The notes under the pieces: generated by a model
Seen by the model: only the letters and a program-made list of their open reading frames with translations
What the model was told of the DNA's origin: nothing
Databases searched by the model: none
Assembly (NCBI RefSeq): GCF_000189295.2
Contig: NC_016803.1
Span: forward strand, 2,190,001-2,222,000
Reading direction: 5' to 3'
Source of the DNA: Pseudodesulfovibrio mercurii
GTDB taxonomy: Bacteria; Desulfobacterota; Desulfovibrionia; Desulfovibrionales; Desulfovibrionaceae
DNA length: 32,000 bases
Program-made: the position numbers and the translations under genes
In this document: in pieces, positions 26,780-32,000 of the stretch
How the letters are laid out: each line of letters begins with the position of its first letter
How positions within the stretch are numbered: position 1 is the first letter of the stretch

Positions 26780-28600
26780 ATGTCCGAACAAGAGAGAGAT
26801 TACGACGAGTTCCGCGTCATAGAGGACCTGGCTGGCTGGCGGCGCACGCACCACAACAACGAGCTGACCGCCGCCGACATGGACCGGGAGGTCTGCCTCA
26901 TGGGCTGGGTCCAGTTCCGCCGCGACCACGGCGGGCTGATCTTCCTGGACCTGCGCGACCGCGAGGGCATGACCCAGGTAGTCTTCAACCCCGAGGACAA
27001 CGCCACGGTCCACGAACGCGCCCACGCCATCCGCCCCGAGTACGTGGTGGCGGTCAAGGGTCGGGTCCGCCCGCGTCCCGAGGGCATGGCCAACCCGAAC
27101 ATGATCACCGGCGAGATCGAGATCGAGGTCACGGACTACAAGCTGCTGAACACCTCCGAGACGCCGCCCTTCCCCATCGAGGACCGCGTCGAGGTGGCCG
27201 AGAACCTGCGCCTCAAATACCGCTTCCTGGACCTGCGGCGGCCCTCCCTGGCCCGCAACTTCATCCTGCGCAACAAGGCCGCGCAGTCGGTCCGCCGCTA
27301 CCTGGACGCACTCGGCTTCCTCGAGGTGGAGACCCCGGTGCTGACCAAGTCCACCCCCGAGGGCGCGCGCGACTTCCTGGTGCCGAGCCGGGTCAACCAG
27401 GGCGAGTTCTACGCCCTGCCCCAGTCCCCGCAGCTGTTCAAGCAGATGCTCATGGTCGCGGGCATGGACCGCTATTTCCAGATCGTCAAATGCTTCCGCG
27501 ACGAGGACCTGCGCGCCGACCGCCAGCCCGAGTTCACCCAGATCGACATCGAGATGTCCTTCGTGGACGAGGCGCTGATCCAGGACATGGCCGAGGGCAT
27601 GGTCCGGACCCTGTTCCGGGAGACCATCGGCGTGAACCTGCCCGACCCGTTCCCGCGCATGACCTTTGCCGACGCCATGCGCGACTACGGCGTGGACAAG
27701 CCGGACCTGCGCTTCGAGCTCAAGCACATCGACATCACCGACGTGTTCAAGGAGTCCGGGTTCAAGGTCTTCGCCTCCTCCGAACTGGTCAAGGTCATGG
27801 TCGTGCCCGGCGGGGCCGAGCTGTCCCGCAAGGAAATCGACGAATACACCAAGTTCGTGGAGATCTACGGCTCCAAGGGGCTGGCCTGGATCAAGGTCAA
27901 GGAGGACGGCGAGTGGCAGTCCCCCATCGTCAAATTCTTCTCGGAAGCTGAGATCGCCACCCTGCGCGAGCGCTCCGGCTGCAAGCCCGGCGACATCCTC
28001 TTCTTCCAGGCCGGTCCGGCCGACGTGGCCAACGCCGCGCTCGGCAACCTGCGCTGCGAGCTGGGCAAGCGCTTCAACCTGATCCGCGAGGGCGAGTTCA
28101 AGCCCGTGTGGATCACCGACTTCCCGCTCCTCGAGTGGGACCCGGACGAGAAGCGCTTCGTGGCCCGGCACCATCCCTTCACCTCGGCCCGGCCCGAGCA
28201 GATGCAGGTCCTCAAGGAGGACCCGGGCCAGGCCATCGCCCGGGCCTACGACATAGTCATGAACGGCTTCGAGGTGGGCGGCGGCTCCATCCGCATCCAC
28301 ACCGAGGAGCAGCAGGAGGCCATGTTCGCGGCGCTCGGCATCGGCAAGGAAGAGGCCGAGGAGAAGTTCGGCTTCCTCATGAACGCGCTCCGCTACGGCG
28401 CGCCGCCCCACGGCGGCATCGCCTTCGGCCTGGACCGCCTGATCATGATCCTGACCGGGTCCAAGTCCATCCGCGACGTCATCGCCTTCCCCAAGACCCA
28501 GAAGGCCACCTGCCTCCTGACCGAGGCCCCGTCCGAGGTCCCGAACAAGCAGCTCCGCGAACTGGGCATCCGGTTGCGCGAGAAGAAAAAAGAAGAATAG
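26780..28600 (+). CDS. aspS: Aspartate--tRNA ligase (bacterial type)
   Basis: 606-aa ORF with GGAGAG upstream. Motifs include FYALPQSPQLFKQMLM, FRDEDLRADRQPEFTQID and GGGSIRIH. Confidence 0.96.
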   Translation: MSEQERDYDEFRVIEDLAGWRRTHHNNELTAADMDREVCLMGWVQFRRDHGGLIFLDLRDREGMTQVVFNPEDNATVHERAHAIRPEYVVAVKGRVRPRPEGMANPNMITGEIEIEVTDYKLLNTSETPPFPIEDRVEVAENLRLKYRFLDLRRPSLARNFILRNKAAQSVRRYLDALGFLEVETPVLTKSTPEGARDFLVPSRVNQGEFYALPQSPQLFKQMLMVAGMDRYFQIVKCFRDEDLRADRQPEFTQIDIEMSFVDEALIQDMAEGMVRTLFRETIGVNLPDPFPRMTFADAMRDYGVDKPDLRFELKHIDITDVFKESGFKVFASSELVKVMVVPGGAELSRKEIDEYTKFVEIYGSKGLAWIKVKEDGEWQSPIVKFFSEAEIATLRERSGCKPGDILFFQAGPADVANAALGNLRCELGKRFNLIREGEFKPVWITDFPLLEWDPDEKRFVARHHPFTSARPEQMQVLKEDPGQAIARAYDIVMNGFEVGGGSIRIHTEEQQEAMFAALGIGKEEAEEKFGFLMNALRYGAPPHGGIAFGLDRLIMILTGSKSIRDVIAFPKTQKATCLLTEAPSEVPNKQLRELGIRLREKKKEE

Positions 28601-28611
28601 TACGCCGTGCC

Positions 28612-28639
28612 GGAGGGAAGCGGCCCGCCGCTTCCCTCC
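28612..28639 (+). terminator. Hairpin 12 nt downstream of the aspS stop
   Basis: GGAGGGAAGCGG (28612-28623) pairs with CCGCTTCCCTCC (28628-28639) around a 4-nt loop, giving a perfect 12-bp stem. It is followed by a C-rich tract rather than a U-rich one. Confidence 0.5.
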
Positions 28640-28869
28640 CGCCTTCCCCCGCGGCGCCCCCCGCTTCCGGCGGATGGGGCGGACCGCGGAAAAGTCTACC
28701 AAATCCGGCTGGTTTCTTTTTGGAACTGGCCTTTTGAATTTCCGTACTTATTGAGATAGTAGATAACTTCAATCACGCCGCAACCGGACTCTATGTCCCT
28801 ACCCATCCTCCCTGCGGCGCGATAAAACTTCCATAAAAAGAAGAGGATGGAGGCCCGGAGGCAACCACG

Positions 28870-29367
28870 ATGCGATTAGAGATATGTACCTGGCCCGACG
28901 AGGTACTCGAGGCCAAGGCCGAACCCATCACCGAGATCACGCCCGAACTGGACGAACTCATCGAGAACATGGTCCAGACCATGTACGAGTCCGACGGCGT
29001 CGGATTGGCCGCCCCGCAGGTGAACCAGTCCATCCGGCTGATCTGCGTGGACCAGACCGGTCCCAAGGAGCGCGGCGACCTGCGGGTGCTCATCAACCCG
29101 GAGATCGTCGAGTGCGACGGCGAGGTGGAGTCCGACGAGGGCTGCCTCAGCTGCCCGGAGCTGAACCTCAAGGTCCGGCGCAAGGAGCGGGTCAAGGTCA
29201 AGGCCCTGAACCGCTCGGGCAAGGAGATCTGCGTGGAGACCGGCGGCCTGCTGGCCATCATCCTGCAGCACGAGATCGACCATCTGGAGGGCGTGACCCT
29301 GGCCGACCGCTCGGGCCGCCTGAAGAAAGCCATGTACCGCAAGAAGGCCCTGAGATGGAAGAGATAG
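28870..29367 (+). CDS. def: Peptide deformylase
   Basis: 165-aa ORF with the three Def motifs GVGLAAPQV, EGCLS and HEIDHL. Confidence 0.95.
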   Translation: MRLEICTWPDEVLEAKAEPITEITPELDELIENMVQTMYESDGVGLAAPQVNQSIRLICVDQTGPKERGDLRVLINPEIVECDGEVESDEGCLSCPELNLKVRRKERVKVKALNRSGKEICVETGGLLAIILQHEIDHLEGVTLADRSGRLKKAMYRKKALRWKR

Positions 29368-30356
29368 CCAACGGAACGAGCTCGCCGGAGTCCTGGGGCG
29401 CGGTGGCCCTCAAGCCCCTGCGCGTGGTTTTCATGGGCACCCCGGACTTCGCGGCCGAGGCGCTTGAAATCCTGCTCAAGTTCGACGCCGCCCAGGTGGT
29501 GGCCGCGTACACCCAGCCGGACCGGCCCTGCGGGCGCGGCAGGCAGTGCACGCCGTCGGCGGTCAAGCGGGTGGCGCTCGAACACGGCATCCCGGTCCTC
29601 CAGCCGGTCAACTTCAAGGACCCGGCGGACGTGGCCGAACTGGCGGCCCTTGCGCCCGACGTCCTGGTGGTGGCGGCCTACGGGCTGATCCTGCCCCAGT
29701 CGGTCCTCGACATCCCGGCCATCCTGCCGCTGAACATCCACGCCTCGCTGCTGCCCCACTGGCGCGGCGCGGCCCCGATCCAGCGGGCCGTGGAGAACGG
29801 CGACGTGGTCACCGGCATCTCGATCATGAAGATGGAGGCAGGGCTGGACACCGGCCCGGTCATGGTCCAGCGCGCCCTGCGCATCGGCCACAACGACCAC
29901 GCGGGGACCATCCACGACGAGCTGGCCAAGCTTGGCGGCATCTGCATCTGCGAGGCCCTGGCCCGGCTCCAGACCGGGGCCTACGACCTCAAGCCCCAGG
30001 ACGACGCCCTGGCCACCTACGCGAAAAAGCTGGAAAAGAAGGAAGGCGAGATCGACTGGAACCGGCCCGCCGAGGCGATCCACAACCAGATTCGGGCCAT
30101 GTACCCCTGGCCCGGCGCGTTCTTCGACTGGACCAACCCGGACGGCAAGGTCCTGCGCCTGCTCGTGACGCCGGGCGAAATCTCCGAGGAGTCGGCCCCC
30201 AAGGTCGCGCCCGGCACGGTGCTGGGCGAGATGGACGGCAAACTGGCCATCACCACGGCGGACAGGATATACCTGACCCCGGAGGTCAAGCCGCAGGGCA
30301 AAAAGGGCATGGACGCCACGGCCTTCACCTGCGGATACATGAAGGAATGCAAGTAG
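29355..30356 (+). CDS. fmt: Methionyl-tRNA formyltransferase
   Basis: It contains RVVFMGTPDFA and HASLLPHWRGAAPIQRA. ATG 29355 overlaps def by 13 nt and gives a roughly 20-aa N-terminal extension. GTG 29403 (VALKPLRVVFMGTPDF) is an alternative start with a more typical length. Confidence 0.92.
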   Translation: MEEIANGTSSPESWGAVALKPLRVVFMGTPDFAAEALEILLKFDAAQVVAAYTQPDRPCGRGRQCTPSAVKRVALEHGIPVLQPVNFKDPADVAELAALAPDVLVVAAYGLILPQSVLDIPAILPLNIHASLLPHWRGAAPIQRAVENGDVVTGISIMKMEAGLDTGPVMVQRALRIGHNDHAGTIHDELAKLGGICICEALARLQTGAYDLKPQDDALATYAKKLEKKEGEIDWNRPAEAIHNQIRAMYPWPGAFFDWTNPDGKVLRLLVTPGEISEESAPKVAPGTVLGEMDGKLAITTADRIYLTPEVKPQGKKGMDATAFTCGYMKECK

Positions 30357-31186
30357 TCGCCCCCCTGGACCAGCCACGGTCCGTGCACCGGGCGCGCAAG
30401 CGCCTGTTCGTCGGATTGATCAGCGTCTCCTGCCTGGTCATGTGCGTGTTCCTGGCCCTGCTCTGGGTGGTGCCGTACATCGGCCTGGACACCATCCACC
30501 CGGCGGCCAAGTGGGTTCTCGGCGCGCTGGTCATCGCCCTCATCGGCCTGGTCTGCGTGGCCTACTGGGGGCTGTTCCTGAACATCGTCACCAAAAAGCC
30601 CCTGCCCGGCGCGCGCCGTTTCCGGGGGCTGACCATCAAGCTGTTCCTGCCGCTCATGGTCCTGCTGGGCCGGGCCATCGGCATACGCAAGGAACACATC
30701 ATGCTGTCGTTCATCTCGGTGAACAACGAGCTGGTCCTGGCCGAGGCCGGACGGTACGCCCCCGGCGAAATCCTCCTGCTCATGCCCCACTGCCTGCAAA
30801 ACTCCCGCTGCGACCGGCGGCTGACCTACGACATCAACAACTGCGTGCGCTGCGGCAAGTGCCCTATGGCCGGACTGCTCGAACTGCACGACCGCTACGG
30901 CGTGAACCTGGCCATCGCCACGGGCGGGACCGTGGCCCGGCGCATCGTGGTCCAGCTGCGGCCCCGGCTGATCATCGCCGTGGCCTGTTACCGGGACCTC
31001 TCCTCCGGCATCCAGGACACCTACCCCCTGCCGGTCTTCGGCGTGCTCAACGAGCGGCCCCACGGCCCCTGCCTGGACACCACGGTCTCCCTGCCCGTGG
31101 TCGAGAAGATGCTCGGCCGGTTCATCGACCCGAACAAGGCCAAGGACGGCCGGACCATCTCCACGGGCCAGGCAGCCCAAAGCTGA
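30347..31186 (+). CDS. DUF116-family membrane protein with Cys-rich cytoplasmic domain
   Basis: 279 aa from ATG 30347, overlapping the fmt 3' end by 10 nt. It has 2-3 N-terminal TM helices followed by LLLMPHCLQNSRCDRR...NNCVRCGKCPM...ATGGTVARR...IIAVACYRDL...HGPCLDT, which matches my recollection of the DUF116 pattern. Confidence 0.8.
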   Translation: MQVVAPLDQPRSVHRARKRLFVGLISVSCLVMCVFLALLWVVPYIGLDTIHPAAKWVLGALVIALIGLVCVAYWGLFLNIVTKKPLPGARRFRGLTIKLFLPLMVLLGRAIGIRKEHIMLSFISVNNELVLAEAGRYAPGEILLLMPHCLQNSRCDRRLTYDINNCVRCGKCPMAGLLELHDRYGVNLAIATGGTVARRIVVQLRPRLIIAVACYRDLSSGIQDTYPLPVFGVLNERPHGPCLDTTVSLPVVEKMLGRFIDPNKAKDGRTISTGQAAQS

Positions 31187-31427
31187 CCCCCCTGCCCCGC
31201 CGCGCGGCGACCATCGCCCGCCCGGCCCACCCTTCCCGCTACCGCCTCCCGCTCGGCCGCGCCCGGCAAACCCCGAGCCTATGCGAACGCTTGACTGATC
31301 GATCAGCCCCACGCTAAAAGTAGGGTATTGACTGAGCCCGGCCCATGCGAGTCCATTCCCATGCCAGCCGTCTCGTTTGATCCGACTGGAGCCCTACCCC
31401 ATTGTGTCGCCAACAAGGAGCATCGCC

Positions 31428-31649
31428 ATGTCCAAAAAGGAAGTGGAGCGTCTGCTGATCGCAGGCGGAGAGAATAAGAGCGTCAAGGCCAAGTACAACG
31501 CCATCGCCAGCAAGGAGGCCTTTGTGGCCGCCGCCGCCGAGGATGGGTATGATTTCACCGTCGAGGAGTTGGACGCGGTACTGAAAGAGTCCGGCGACGA
31601 CTTCACCACCTACGGCAATCCCCCCGCCCGCTCCATCTGGTGGGCCTAG
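31428..31649 (+). CDS. Nif11-domain small protein / Nif11-type (N11P) leader-like peptide, 73 aa
   Basis: ATG 31428 with AAGGAG (31415-31420) 7 nt upstream. The translation MSKKEVERLLIAGGENKSVKAKYNAIASKEAFVAAAAEDGYDFTVEELDAVLKESGDDFTTYGNPPARSIWWA contains the Nif11 hallmark ...A..A...GYDFT.EEL. A strong hairpin follows directly after the stop. The 17 codons upstream in track ORF 31377..31649 were rejected for lack of an RBS. Confidence 0.7.
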   Translation: MSKKEVERLLIAGGENKSVKAKYNAIASKEAFVAAAAEDGYDFTVEELDAVLKESGDDFTTYGNPPARSIWWA

Positions 31650-31658
31650 TTTTGCGTC

Positions 31659-31689
31659 GCGGGCTCTCAGGTTCCGTCTGAGAGCCCGC
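31659..31689 (+). terminator. Intrinsic-terminator-like hairpin after the Nif11-like gene
   Basis: GCGGGCTCTCAG (31659-31670) pairs with CTGAGAGCCCGC (31678-31689) around a 7-nt loop, giving a perfect 12-bp stem. It is followed by the pyrimidine-rich run AACGGCTTCTTTCTCC. Confidence 0.6.
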
Positions 31690-31817
31690 AACGGCTTCTT
31701 TCTCCCCCCTTCTCTCGTCCCATCTGACGGTGGATGATCCACCTCTTGGTTCGGGCCGCGCATCCGCGACTGAGCTTTGGGTTGTTTTCGTTACATTGCA
31801 TTTCGCCTTTACGGCTA

Positions 31818-31849
31818 CTTCCTTTTTTGCCGGCGCAGAAAAAAGGAAG
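31818..31849. repeat. Perfect 11-bp-stem hairpin with T6/A6 arms in the noncoding tail
   Basis: CTTCCTTTTTT (31818-31828) pairs with AAAAAAGGAAG (31839-31849) around the 10-nt loop GCCGGCGCAG. It has the same architecture as the 26686-26714 hairpin. Confidence 0.5.
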
Positions 31850-32000
31850 CAAAAACTGCGCTGCGGTGCTGCCGCGCGCCGACGGACCCAAGAGCCCGTA
31901 GGCGGCTTTCGCTGGTTGTGAGCGAATGCCTGCCGCGCAGACGCGCTCAAACCCGCGCTTTCGCCGCCGAACACGGGCTCTAGGGTCCGTCGCCGATTAC

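Noticed and set aside
26687-28702. 671-aa minus-strand ORF antisense to aspS
   Set aside because: aspS on the plus strand is unambiguous, and the antisense product is low-complexity.
28802-28850. 8-bp inverted repeat CCATCCTC / GAGGATGG upstream of def as a translational control hairpin
   Set aside because: The loop is about 33 nt. The stem does not cover the likely SD (GGAGG at 28858-28862), and an 8-bp match is weak evidence.

Overview
GC-rich (by eye about two-thirds G+C, not computed) bacterial chromosomal segment, densely packed with about 31 protein-coding genes on both strands. Many genes have GTG starts and 1-13 nt overlaps. The gene content (MCP and HD-GYP signalling genes, queH, hemW, chrA, a PEP-CTERM protein, DUF116 fused behind def-fmt) fits a Desulfovibrionales-type deltaproteobacterium, but that is inference only. 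Most of the window is core housekeeping: sfsA, queH-hemW-chrA, a sigma-54 driven amtB-glnK-glnD nitrogen module, cobB, ansA, rsmB, hisS, aspS and def-fmt. I saw no rRNA, tRNA, CRISPR array, transposase, integrase or recognisable defence cassette. No clearly novel multi-gene system is supported by the sequence; the unusual items are isolated. (1) A monocistronic 73-aa Nif11/N11P-leader-like gene with a Trp-rich tail lies at the right edge (31428-31649), and its downstream context is cut off by the window end. (2) An orphan gene resembling the phage T7 gp11 adaptor / tail tubular protein A sits alone between housekeeping genes (18744-19325). (3) A tandem pair of paralogous small membrane proteins follows an MCP gene (8793-9686). 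(4) A PEP-CTERM 'choice-of-anchor A' secreted protein has no exosortase in view (2325-3293). (5) A partner-less molybdopterin oxidoreductase faces a TetR gene across an operator-like intergenic region. (6) REP-like palindromic repeat units occur in several gene-3'-end spacers. Many long ORFs in the supplied track are antisense or off-frame shadows typical of high-GC DNA and were rejected.
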